Below are positions 1 to 10,739 of a stretch of 64,000 bases of DNA, in pieces. The stretch is from assembly GCA_022605425.2 (NCBI GenBank), contig CM061246.1, positions 1,909,230 to 1,973,229 on the forward strand, given 5' to 3'. The notes under the pieces are model-generated. The model did not search any database, was not told the origin of the DNA, and worked only from the letters and a program-made list of their open reading frames with translations. Made by a program: the position numbers and the translations under genes. The first letter of the stretch is position 1. Each line of letters opens with the position of its first letter. This DNA comes from Hamiltosporidium tvaerminnensis FI-OER-3-3 (taxonomy: Eukaryota > Fungi > Microsporidia).

Positions 1-1369
1 ATACCAGAGGCAGTTTTCTTTCGACAATTCAGCTTTTATTTTTATAAAAACCAACCATTTTTTCTCTTCTTTCTTGTATCTTTGTATGAAAAAACTCTTG
101 GAAAGTAATCCTTAATGAATATGATAGATAATACAGTAAAAAACGATAAAATATTCACTATTTTCTTAATCACGCGTTCCTATACTTCATCACATTCCTT
201 TCATAGCTAAAAAAGCTGACTTATAAATTCAAATTATTATCTAATGGTATACTTTTTGTTTGTCAACTAATTTCAAAATTATATTCGATTGTTGTTTCTC
301 TGGTACATTTCCCATACTTCTCAATTTTCGGTTTTATGACTACTAGGAGAAATTTTTCACCTCTATTATTCTTACAAATACCCGCATTAGGTTGAATATA
401 AATGCATCTGTTTTATTTCATACGATGCTTAAATAGAACTTTTACAAATTTCGGCTGATATTTGTTCGAACCAGATGATGCATTCGCTGTTTTTATTGAA
501 ACGAATTGATAAACCTTTAAACCCGGACTTTGTTTTGAGATGTTATGATCTTTCTCTTAAAAACCTAAGATTATTTAAACATCGAAATTCTGTATATATT
601 GGAAAAGTAGATTCCCGACTTTTATCTCATTGTAAAATAATCGGAACACTTCATATTGAAACATATACTTTAAGAAGATTTAATACTTTCGAGCATTATA
701 TTTCAAATGCAAATAAAAAGAGAAATTTTAAATAACAATCTTAAACCTTTACATGACATTTCCAATCCATTATTTTAATTGGTATTATTTCTCAGATCAA
801 TACAACAGTTTTGCACGACATGTCCTAGAAGTCGTGAAACGATTTGTATTATTTGAGAGTTTTTGCTCAATCGCTGAAAATTTCTTAAACGTTAAACAGT
901 TTCAGACTCTTTCGTTATTTTTTTCGATTTGAAATTTTATTGGTTCTACATTTGTATTTTCTTACATCGTCTTTATTTATTTTTAGTTAAGGTTTAACTT
1001 TATTGAATGTATCTTGCCGAGTTTTTAAATTTCAATAAGTTACCGTCTCCTTTATAAATGCTTTCGTCTCCTTTATAAAACAATCTTTCGTTTATTGATG
1101 CGATAGGTTTTGCTTTGTGTAAGTAAATTCTTGTTCCTGAACGAACTAGACTGCTTATTATTTCTTCCCGCTGTAATATTCTATCCTAATTATTTTAATC
1201 TCTTTTAAGTAAATGTTTCAGCCATTGATTTTTACTAAATTTCTCCAAAAACCATATAAATAAAATATAATAATAGATTAACATCGAAAAGTGCTGCAGA
1301 TAAAAATGGATTATAAATATTACTTCTGGTTTTTCCATTGCATAAATATAAATCGTTTATATTTGAAAG

Positions 1370-2298
1370 AATGCTTTATTTTTATAAAATCAAAGTTTTT
1401 CTAGTTATAATCAAATAGAACTTCTCTACTACTCTGTCACCATTCCTTAGTTTCTCAATCTTGCATATTTTCATCCAAAATAAACATAAAATCAATATAA
1501 TGAGTGAGAAGTTTATTCATATTTTTTTAATATATATTGCCTAGGTTGTGATTTAAAGTGTAATCCCATCTTGAGCTACCTAAGAAAAGCTACATTCCGA
1601 CTTATTTTAAACTTTTTAGGAAAAATATATTTCAGTAAAGATTTTTTCGGCAATTTACACGGGGTTCCATTAAGGCGTTGTCATTTTGTAAAACTGGTAT
1701 AACCACTTATTTAGCATTCATCCTCATTGGAGATAGAGCCCTGCACGAGCGCTGGACGCAGTTAATAATACCGCTTACCGGTATTTTTCCAGTGGGGTTG
1801 TTTACTTTTTCGGGTTTCGTAGCAAGTGGTTTTAAAAGGTGGGTTGTTGGCTTTACGCCTAACCTCACCCCGTAGGACCAGTCTCCTTTAGTGGCCTTTT
1901 ACGCCAAGCAAAGAATACCAAAAGCCAATTTGCTTCCAGGGTAGTGAGGAAGTACTTTAGTCTTCCTAGCTTTTTTTAATATTATGGGTTTTTTGTATCA
2001 CCAGGCCAATAATTCTTTGATTATCAGTGAGTACAGGCATGGTTTTCATACTTTTACTTGTCCAAAACCTACAGGTTCAGTCATGATTTTTAACCTAGTA
2101 TATAGAATAAATACAAACCAGCTTTTTTGGACAACTTTCACTGTTTTCTAGACCTTTACCTTTATATATCAATTCCAACCCAACAAACTCGGCCCCGTGT
2201 GATTATATGGTACTAAGTATCCAAATAATAATTTTCAAGCTTTCCACACGTAAACCTTGCCCATAAAATATTTTTAGTGTCTTAATTCTTTCTTATTG
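1370..2298 (-). mobile_element. Decayed copy of the ~730-bp structured non-coding repeat, interrupted by a 241-bp insertion
   Basis: Colinear with the reverse complement of 9879-10610: tgtgat..gagctacctaaga..cattccgactta (1547-1604), atttacacggggttcc, ggtataacc..ttag (1696-1714). It resumes after 1956 with atcaccaggc, agtgagtacaggcatggttttcatacttttac, acctacag, tagacct, atccaaataat. Ends approximate. Confidence 0.75.
1715..1955 (-). mobile_element. Short non-autonomous RTE-like (bipartite 5'UTR + 3' tail) retroelement
   Basis: GC-richer block that splits the repeat copy, flanked by tttag (1710-1714 / 1956-1960). The minus strand has ttgcttggcgtaaaaggccactaa..ctggtcctacggggtgaggttaggcgtaaagccaacaacccac, which resembles (from memory) RTE-clade 5'UTR motifs. 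It ends ggctctatctccaatgaggatgaatg, like RTE 3' tails. Confidence 0.55.
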
Positions 2299-3795
2299 CT
2301 AATTTTTAGTAACAATTCTCATTTAAAGAGCCAATAATCGACTCAAAAAATTTTCTGAGTGAAAAAGTTTTATTTTGCTTTCAAGATTGCAATTTATTTA
2401 CAAAAAAGCTTAATTATTTATTTTCAAGTTATTTATATGTCTCTAAGATAAAATAATTCGCTTAAATTAAATTAATCTGCCTATTTCTCTACTGATAAGT
2501 AAAATGTATGAATAAACTGGCCATGGATGGTTATTTAAGTCAAAAAACATCATTTCTTAAATGTTATTTTCTTAATTTCTAAAATGCAATATAATATCAT
2601 GTTAATCACAAATTACAGAAGCCAACAACCATGCTCTATGAATTTGAAACAATAAACAAGACATAGAAACAAAAAGAAAATAAACCTTTTCTAAATTCTC
2701 AGGATCTTTGTGTCAATAAAAAACGAATATTTTAAATATCTAATTAACTATTTTAAAAAATAAAAACTGTAATTTCATCAAAATTTAAGATTTAACATAA
2801 ATGAAGATAGGATGTGAAATAAAATTTTATATTCGCTTTTTGCATCCTATAAGTAAAAATTAAAATGTCCATAGTTATGTTAGACTTTTAAATATTTAGC
2901 TCATTCAAAAATTAAACTCAAATATTTACAAATATAACATCATTATGAGCAAAGATATTTTATAAATCAAAAATATTTCGTAAGCTGTTGCTCTTATAAC
3001 AATCAATGAATGAAAAGAAGATACATATATCGTAAATATGATAATATATATAATTCCCATCAATATCTTATGACAAGGGTATACCTATAGACTTTAATTT
3101 ATTTAATCATTTAAAATATCTTTGGAAAATATATTTTTAGCCAAATAATATTTACTTTTGTTTTATCTTTCAAACAAATATTTGATCTCAGTACTTTAAA
3201 TATTCTAAAATAAAATAAAAAAACAAACTTTTTAAAAATATTCATTTATCAAATTTATATTTAATTCTTTCTCAAAAGCAATCAAATTGTAATTTTATAC
3301 ACAATGAAACATTTAGAAAGAAAGATATTATAAAAATAAATCACAAATATAAATTATATTCGAATATTTCGATGTTTGTATAAGTAAATGTAAATACCGA
3401 ATAAGAATCTCCAATTTCAAAAAAATACTAATATTTTAATCCTTTGTATAATGAAGTAAAGATCATTAAATTGTATTATAGATCATTAAATTGTATTTGA
3501 TTCTACGAAAATGAAAAAAAATATTAAATAAAATAAATAGTAAATAAAAAAAATAGTAAATATATTTTTCAGACTATTTTTTACCATAAAATAATTATTA
3601 CTTATTTTACTGATTGATTCTCCAAAAAAAACTTTTATTTTTTGTACAATAAATGATCTAATTTATCTTTTTGAGAATAGCATTGAATTATTAACAGTTT
3701 TAATTTATTCGTAATGTATTTCAAACCGAAAAATGAAATCAAAAAATAATTTAAGAAAAAATTACATCAATTTTTACTTTCATCATTAAAATGTC

Positions 3796-3823
3796 CAATT
3801 TATTTAATAAAATTCTGGGTTAA
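3796..3823 (-). mobile_element. Tiny 3'-terminal fragment of the RT-REL element family
   Basis: caatttatttaataaaattctgggttaa matches the reverse complement of 21407-21434 (ttaacccagaattgtattaaataaattg) with one mismatch. Confidence 0.45.
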
Positions 3824-4244
3824 CAAATTTTCTCTCATTTAACTAAATTTCTTCCATCAATTATTCATCATTAAAAAAATATTTATTTAAAGTAAAAAAA
3901 TTATCTGTAAAACTAATAAATGAATATTTAAAGAAGAAATAATCAAATATTTCAATAGAAAATAAATATTCTAATGAATAAGTATTAAAAATCAAACAAA
4001 TACTTCTTATCTTTTAAAAAATATCATCTTAGTACTTTAATTATTAATATAAAAACTTAAATATCACATAACTTATCAGACTCATCAAATTATTTTCTTG
4101 AATTTTCTCAAATTTTTTAGATTATTATTTGATTTAAAGATATATTTTTCAATTTTATAAATATATTGTAACTACTTGTATCGTTACTTGATTTAATTTT
4201 ATATTTTATTTATATTTATTTTATAAATCTATTAAAGTAAGTTC

Positions 4245-4314
4245 TTCTTTTTTTGAGTCTGTAAAATAATAAGAAAAACTTTCTTTTTTTGAGTCTGTAA
4301 AATAATAAGAAAAA
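4245..4314. repeat. Tandem duplication, ~36 bp x2
   Basis: ttcttttttt gagtctgtaaaataataagaaaaa occurs twice in tandem. Confidence 0.85.
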
Positions 4315-4630
4315 AAATCTTTTATTTTTGGTATCCTAATTCTTAAAAAATCTCATTTTTCAAAACTTGCAAAAAAACTGATTTAAATATAAATTTTTTA
4401 AATTATAATAACATCTAATATAAGAATTGGTATTTTTCTCAGATGTTTAGAAAAAAAAATCTTTCTATTTTTGTTATATTCCAATCTTCGTACTTTTAGA
4501 ATAGTTCTATATGAATCATATATGTTTAATTAATATATATCACGTGATATAGTGATTATCTCACATTGATTTATCTAAACTGTAATCAAAGCTATTAAGA
4601 GAGAAATATTTGAGTTTCTTAAATATTGCT

Positions 4631-4810
4631 TTTCTTAGCCGTTTAAAAAACAAAATATCGAAAGAAGTTTCAGTGCACACTTACATCAATGTATCGTTAT
4701 AATTTAATTTCTTAGACATTTAAAAAACAAAATACAAAGAAGTCTCATTCACACTTACAGCAATATATCGTTATAATTTGATTGCTTACCCATTTAAAAC
4801 ACCAAATATA
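4631..4810. repeat. Degenerate tandem repeat, ~76 bp x2.4, upstream of eEF2
   Basis: The unit cttag..tttaaaaaacaaaata..agaagt..cacacttaca.caat.tatcgttataattt recurs at ~4631, ~4708 and ~4783. Confidence 0.75.
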
Positions 4811-5155
4811 ATATAAATTCCATTGTATACCGTCCAAAAATTCATTATTAAGAATCATTGTTTTTCCTTCTTTATAGAAATCAAAAAAAATATAAATTCG
4901 ATTAAATACTACTTATATCACTATAATACAAATAATTATATTTCTTTAAATCATTTAAGAATAAAATTTCTCAGAATAAATTAGAATATCATAGACTTAC
5001 TAAACAGTGATTACAATTTATTTCCAAATCAAATTTTTATTAAAAAAAAAAATTAAAAATTTCCTAAACTTTTTCTATCCAAATATTTTTCCATCCAAAT
5101 TTTTTTTGTACAAAATTTTTTTTCAACCGAACCCCTTCAAAACTAAGAAGTACAG

Positions 5156-7846
5156 ATGGTAGATCTCTCAATAAAAAAAGTAGAAGAAATGATGAAAAAT
5201 CAACTAAACATCCGTAATATATCGGTAATCGCACACGTAGATCACGGTAAAAGTACTTTGACTGATACTTTGGTTATCAAAGCAAAGATAGCTTCTCAAG
5301 AAAGTGGTGGTGGAAGATATATGGATACACGTGCTGATGAACAAGAAAGAGGTATTACTATCAAATCCACTGCTATTTCAATGCATTTTGAATTACCAGA
5401 ATCTGTTTTGAAAGGTCATTTAAATCAAAAACATAATGGAAATGAATTTCTTATCAATTTAATAGATTCTCCCGGTCACGTGGATTTCAGTTCAGAAGTA
5501 ACGGCAGCATTGAGAGTAACTGATGGTGCTATTGTTGTAGTTGACTGTGTGGATGGTATATGTGTACAAACTGAAACTGTGTTGAGACAGGCAGTTGCAG
5601 AAAAAATCCGACCGACCGTTTGTCTCAATAAAGTCGATCGAGCTCTTTTAGAACTTCAAGAATCAAAAGCACAACTTTATGCTCGTTTTAGAAGAAGAGT
5701 AGAAGATTTCAATGCAAAACTTCAAATGATTACACTTGGAAAAGAAGATAGCAGATTTCCAATCCATAACCTTCAACCCGAATTAAACGAATTTTCATTT
5801 TGTTCTGGTTTACAAGGGTGGGGATTTACACTCAGACAATTCGCTTCTTTCTATGCTGAAAGATTTAATGTTAAAGACAAACCAGAAGGAGAAAAGAGAA
5901 TTTGTAAAATGCTCTGGGCAAATGATGTATTTTATACGGCAGAAGACCCATTCGATACAACCGGTACTTTCAAAAAACAAGGAAGCCCTGAAAAAGCACC
6001 TTTTATTGTTTTCATTTTAAATCCAATTTACACGGTAAGAGATTACTGTATGGCTGTCCAACACGAAAATTTACGTAACTTTTTGACAAAATATAATGTC
6101 ACTCTTCCCACAGATCTTCCAAATGAACCAAAAACACTCTTTAAATTGGTAATGCGTACTTGGTTACCAGCTGCAGATACAATGTTGGAACAAATTATTT
6201 TACAACTTCCTTCTCCTGTTCTAAGTCAGAGTTACAGATACGATTCACTCTATGAAGGACCCGTTGATGATATTGTAGCTTTGGGAATAAAAAATGCGGC
6301 AGTTGATTCTTTCAAATGCTCTGATCAAATGAGTAGTGAAATGATGCAAAAATTAAATATCAAAGTAGACGCTAATAATAATGCTGTAGATGCTAATAAT
6401 AATCCTATTGATGCTAATAATTATATGGTGGATGTCAACAATAATGTTGTTTCAGCTCCTTTGGCTGTTTACATTTCAAAAATGGTTCCGTATTCTGATA
6501 ACAGATTTATTGCATTTGGAAGAGTTTTTTCAGGTAAAGTAACTCCTGGTATGAAAGTCAGAGTACAGGGACCTGATTATGTGCCAGGTTCTAAAAATGA
6601 TCTTTTTATTGCAAACATTCAACGTACAGTAGTTATGATGGGTAGAACTGTCAAAGATGTAAGTATGTGTCCAGCTGGAAATATTATAGGTTTGATAGGA
6701 ATTGATGACAAATTAAAGAAAACAGGAACAATTACCAACACTGATGTTGCTCATAATATTAAAGGTATGAAATTTAGTGTAAGTCCTGTCGTAAAATACA
6801 GTGTAAGTCCTTTAAATCCTGTTGACCTTCCAAAATTGAAGGCAGGTCTCGCCAAATTAAGTAAAAGTGATCCTTTAAGTGTTGTCAATTTCAGTGACAA
6901 TGGAGAACTTACAATAGCAGGAGCAGGTGAATTACATTTAGAAGTTTGTTTAAAAGACTTGGAAGAGGATTACGCAGGAGTAAAAATTGTATATGGTGAA
7001 CCATGTGTCAGTTATTTGGAAGGAATCCGTAATAGTGTCTTAGAACCTAAAATGTGTAAAAGCAGTAACAAACACAACAGAATTTATATGACTTGTAGTT
7101 CTTTAGACCGTGCAGTCGTAGAAAATCTTGAAAATGGAAAATTGGTGGTCCGAGATCCAAAAGAAAGAGTGGCAGCTTTTAATTCTGTGTTAGGAATTAG
7201 AGACGATTGGATTAAAAAAATTATGTTTTACGGACCGGAAGACAAAGGACCAAATCTGTTTGTTGATGCTACTAAGGGTATTGCATATTTAAATGAAGTT
7301 AAAGAATATTTAAGAGAAGGATTTAGAGATGTGACTAGTAAAGGACCTTTGATAGAAGAAAAACTACGAGGAGTTAGATTTGAATTGACTGATATGGTTC
7401 TTCACTCAGATGCTATTCATAGAACAGGAAATCAAATTACGATGCCGGTAAGTGAAGTCTGTAGAGGACTAATAATGGCAGCTACACCAGTTCTATACGA
7501 ACCTATTTTTAGAATTGAAGTAAATGTGGCCACAGAAGCAATGAGTGAGGTAATTGCTTTACTTGCGACAAGAAGAGGTGATGCAGAAGAAGTTAAAGAA
7601 GACGGTTCATCAAGAACAAATATTTATGGAATTTTACCAGTAAAAGAAAGTTTTGGATTTAATGCTGCTTTGATGAAAGTCACACGTGGACAAGCAAGTA
7701 GTAGTTTGTGTTTCAGTCATTATGAAGTTATGCCTGGAAATCTTGCGATGGAAGGTAGTTTGATGCATGAGGTTGTTACAACAATCAGAAATAAGAAAAA
7801 GTTTGGTAAACTTAAGAGTGCTGATGAGTATTTTGATAGGCTTTGA
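5156..7846 (+). CDS. EFT1: Translation elongation factor 2 (eEF2), 896 aa
   Basis: AHVDHGKSTLTD, RGITIKST, DSPGHVDFSSEV, NKVD, GAGELHLE, diphthamide loop DAIHR; CCCC motif ~20 nt upstream of the ATG. Confidence 0.99.
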   Translation: MVDLSIKKVEEMMKNQLNIRNISVIAHVDHGKSTLTDTLVIKAKIASQESGGGRYMDTRADEQERGITIKSTAISMHFELPESVLKGHLNQKHNGNEFLINLIDSPGHVDFSSEVTAALRVTDGAIVVVDCVDGICVQTETVLRQAVAEKIRPTVCLNKVDRALLELQESKAQLYARFRRRVEDFNAKLQMITLGKEDSRFPIHNLQPELNEFSFCSGLQGWGFTLRQFASFYAERFNVKDKPEGEKRICKMLWANDVFYTAEDPFDTTGTFKKQGSPEKAPFIVFILNPIYTVRDYCMAVQHENLRNFLTKYNVTLPTDLPNEPKTLFKLVMRTWLPAADTMLEQIILQLPSPVLSQSYRYDSLYEGPVDDIVALGIKNAAVDSFKCSDQMSSEMMQKLNIKVDANNNAVDANNNPIDANNYMVDVNNNVVSAPLAVYISKMVPYSDNRFIAFGRVFSGKVTPGMKVRVQGPDYVPGSKNDLFIANIQRTVVMMGRTVKDVSMCPAGNIIGLIGIDDKLKKTGTITNTDVAHNIKGMKFSVSPVVKYSVSPLNPVDLPKLKAGLAKLSKSDPLSVVNFSDNGELTIAGAGELHLEVCLKDLEEDYAGVKIVYGEPCVSYLEGIRNSVLEPKMCKSSNKHNRIYMTCSSLDRAVVENLENGKLVVRDPKERVAAFNSVLGIRDDWIKKIMFYGPEDKGPNLFVDATKGIAYLNEVKEYLREGFRDVTSKGPLIEEKLRGVRFELTDMVLHSDAIHRTGNQITMPVSEVCRGLIMAATPVLYEPIFRIEVNVATEAMSEVIALLATRRGDAEEVKEDGSSRTNIYGILPVKESFGFNAALMKVTRGQASSSLCFSHYEVMPGNLAMEGSLMHEVVTTIRNKKKFGKLKSADEYFDRL

Positions 7847-7869
7847 GATAGGTTTATTAAAAATTTGAG

Positions 7870-8255
7870 GTTTTATTTTGTCTTTTGGATTCATTTAATT
7901 CATTTTTTTTTTGTGTTGAATAGGCTTGCCATTATTTTAATTTTTTTTATTTTGTCTTTTGGATTCATTTAATTCATTTTTTTTGTGTTTGAATAGGCTT
8001 GTCTTACCATTATTTTAATTTATTTTTATGAATTCATTTGGATTCATTTAATTCATTTTTTTTTGTGTTTGAATAGGCTTGGATTGTCATTATTTTAATT
8101 TATTCTTATGAATTCATTTGGTTTTTAATTTTTTTTGTGTTGAATAGGTTTTCTTGCCATTATTTTTTATTTTTATGAATTCATTTGGTTTTTTTTTGTG
8201 TTGAATAGTTTTGGCTTGTCCTTATTTTACTTTATTCTTATGAATTCTTTTGGAT
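7870..8255. repeat. Degenerate tandem repeat (~60-80 bp units x5) directly downstream of eEF2
   Basis: A ttgaataggctt core recurs at ~7916, 7989, 8069, 8140 and 8201 with attcattt and cattatttt; it resembles the end of the CDS (tttgataggctttga). Confidence 0.85.
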
Positions 8256-8312
8256 TTTTTATATTTTTCTAAAATTCTTAACATTGTAATTCAAATTTTT
8301 CTTTTAATTTTC

Positions 8313-9035
8313 ATGGAGAGAGGATAACCACATTAAAAACTATCTGCTTGCAAAAAATATGTAAAATTTGCTTTAAAAATCATTGTTTGGATTTTAAGTG
8401 GGTTTAAAACCATAGTACATCTTCTGATGTTCAATTGAAATTTATATGGGAATTGTAAAGTCTATAAAATGTTGATAATTCTTTTAAAAATTTATTTTGT
8501 AGTTTTTTATGTAATTAGATTGGAAATAACGACAGAAATTTAATCCGATTGCCATGTAAAAGCATGGAAGCGTGGTTATGCTCTTTCGGGTTAGAAGACT
8601 TAGCGCCTAGTGAATGCAAAAAAAAACAAATTTTTAAAAGCACTGGAATTCTAAGTAGCAGGTTATACATATTGGTAAGTCATAATAATTTTAGGTGAGG
8701 TATATAAGTCTCCAATATATTTCCAAATTTATGGTTTGATTTTGGATCGGAAATTGTAAAGTAATTGGGAATCTTGCTATTCCCTCAAAATCTAAAGGTC
8801 GCTCGATCTACGATTAGACTCTAGACAAACACGGTAACCAACATTTGCAACTTCATAAACAGGAAATTACATATAAATACTTTTTAAATAAAAATTTTTG
8901 TAATTTGTAGAGTCTTTAGGAAATATAAACGGAAATCAGAAGATCAGTTATTTATACTAAACCTAAAAATATTTTAGTATCATTCAAATCGTACAACATA
9001 TATCATTGCTTTTAAATATTTAATACTTCAAACGA
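8313..9035 (+). mobile_element. Diverged full-length copy of the ~730-bp structured non-coding repeat
   Basis: Blocks identical to 9879-10610: gaggataaccacat, atcattgtttggattt, gtagttttttatgtaa, attgccatgtaaaagcatggaa, tcgggttagaagacttagcgcct, ctaagtagcaggttatac. The 3' part aligns through cagttatttatactaaacctaaaa (8945-8968). Confidence 0.85.
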
Positions 9036-9878
9036 AGATTCATTTTAATTAAAGAAATAAATCTGTAAAAAAGTATAAATTCTATTTTCTTTTTTATCTC
9101 TCATTTTGATTCGGTTTTTATATTTAAATTTATACTAAATAAGCAAGAATATTTATAAAAATAAATTTAAACTGATTCGGTTATAAAAAGCTTTCGAAAT
9201 GTTTTTAGAATTAAAATTTGATTTATAATCTTACATACGAATTGAGAACACATTATAATATTATTATATTATGATTAAAGATATTAGACTATAATTCTGA
9301 TATAATTTAATTCTTTAATACTTTTTGTTATATTCTTACAATACTAAATAAAAAAAAATATGATTTGCTACTCGAATCAAAGGATTATATTTCGATAGCA
9401 AATAATTTATACAAAAGTTATGTTTCTGTCCTTGATTCATCCATTATCTTTCCAATTATTTCTATTTTTCTATAAATGATAGGCATAGAATTGTAGGATG
9501 TAAAAAACGACTTTGTTTTAATCTAAGAATTAAATTTTTATATATAAAATGTCAATATATTATTCTTATTCATATTAAGCGATGCACTTTAATTTCAGAA
9601 CTGATTAATAAAAGAAATATTTCATTATATCAAGATAACCCGATACATTGTTCTATATTAACAAATAAACAGGTTTTGGTTAAATTTATCTTCAATTTTA
9701 CAATGAAAAAAAATATAAATTTTACTTGTTTTCATAATTGAATATTATCTTTTCTTTTTTAAAAAAATAGATGTAGCCAACTTAAATAAAAGTATGGTTA
9801 AACAAAATAAGAAAATTTTATTTAAAAAATTAAAGATTATAATTATTTTTAACTCTTTAATATATATTACTAGAGGTT

Positions 9879-10610
9879 TTGTGGAGGGAGGATAACCACA
9901 TAAAAAACTTTCTGCTTGGCAATGAGTGTGTGAAACTGGTGTGAGATCATTGTTTGGATTTTTGGTGGGAATAAAACCACACTACATCTTCGGTTGTTCC
10001 ATGAGAGTTGTTATGAGGAGAAGAGGTCTAAGAAATGGAGAAACTTTTTCTACAAATTTATTTGTAGTTTTTTATGTAACCAGATTGCAGACCGCAGCTG
10101 AAAATGTAGGTAATTGCCATGTAAAAGCATGGAAACCTAGCCTTGCTCACTCGGGTTAGAAGACTTAGCGCCTGGGAGATATAAAACAAAAAAACCATTA
10201 AAAGCCGGGAGAGCTAAGTAGCAGGTTATACCTGTTGGTATGACATTGCACTGTCTAGGTGGACCCCATGTAAATCTCTGAAATATATCTTAGCTAGAAG
10301 TTTATTGGGTTCAGAAAGTGTAGAGTAAGTGGGAATGCTGCATAGTCTTGGGGGAGCCCAGGGGGGCTTCGGCCTTCGATCACACTCCATGCAACGGACA
10401 TTAACGAACTCCGGGCAACTGCCTCGCCTAGTAATTAGGTTCTACACACCTGGTAGATGAAAGGCTTTGGGACGTAGGTATCGCAGGGGTTACCGATGGA
10501 GTGTTGGGGTAGCAGTAATTTATGTTAAACCTAGAACTGCGTTAATGTCATAAAAACAAAATATAACACTTGCCACTGTTTTGAAAAAGATGTGATATTT
10601 TTAAATAAAG
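9879..10610 (+). mobile_element. Best-preserved copy of a ~730-bp structured non-coding dispersed repeat (unclassified)
   Basis: GC-rich island flanked by the direct repeat ttactagaggtt (9867-9878 / 10611-10622). It has no credible ORF, many complementary segments and four other copies in the window. Confidence 0.85.
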
Positions 10611-10739
10611 TTACTAGAGGTTAAGCTTATAGAAACGAACTTTGTTTTACATTCATAAGTAAAAAATGCCTAAAATAATTATAAGCTTCATTATTTGAGT
10701 AATAATTCCTCATTTATCTCAATAAAAATTTTATACACT

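Noticed and set aside
1-1230. Ty3/gypsy gag-pol remnant on the minus strand (GHVVQNC near 800-830)
   Set aside because: A single weak zinc-knuckle-like motif; no other alignable domain visible.
4536-4551. 16-bp palindrome TATATCACGTGATATA (E-box/CDEI-like) upstream of eEF2
   Set aside because: Single occurrence with TA-rich arms; cannot be distinguished from chance.
6302-6455. eEF2 insertion as a GT-AG intron
   Set aside because: Removing 154 nt would shift the frame; the region is open and repeats at the amino-acid level.
10150-10162. CTAACCC on the minus strand of the structured repeat as a telomerase template
   Set aside because: Only 7 nt (1-nt realignment), G-U pairs and the UUCG loop point to the + strand, and the element is multicopy.
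9880-10568. Solo LTR (TGT...AACA)
   Set aside because: No matching 4-6 bp TSD at those ends, and homology between copies continues ~40 bp past AACA. Not fully excluded.
9879-10610. Group I/II intron, hammerhead, HDV, snRNA, SRP, RNase P/MRP or rRNA identity for the structured repeat
   Set aside because: Only partial look-alikes (UGCU/AGCAGG, AGACU/AGUCU, GUGUG, AUUUUUG) that are out of order or not conserved between copies; no CUGANGA core and no domain V.
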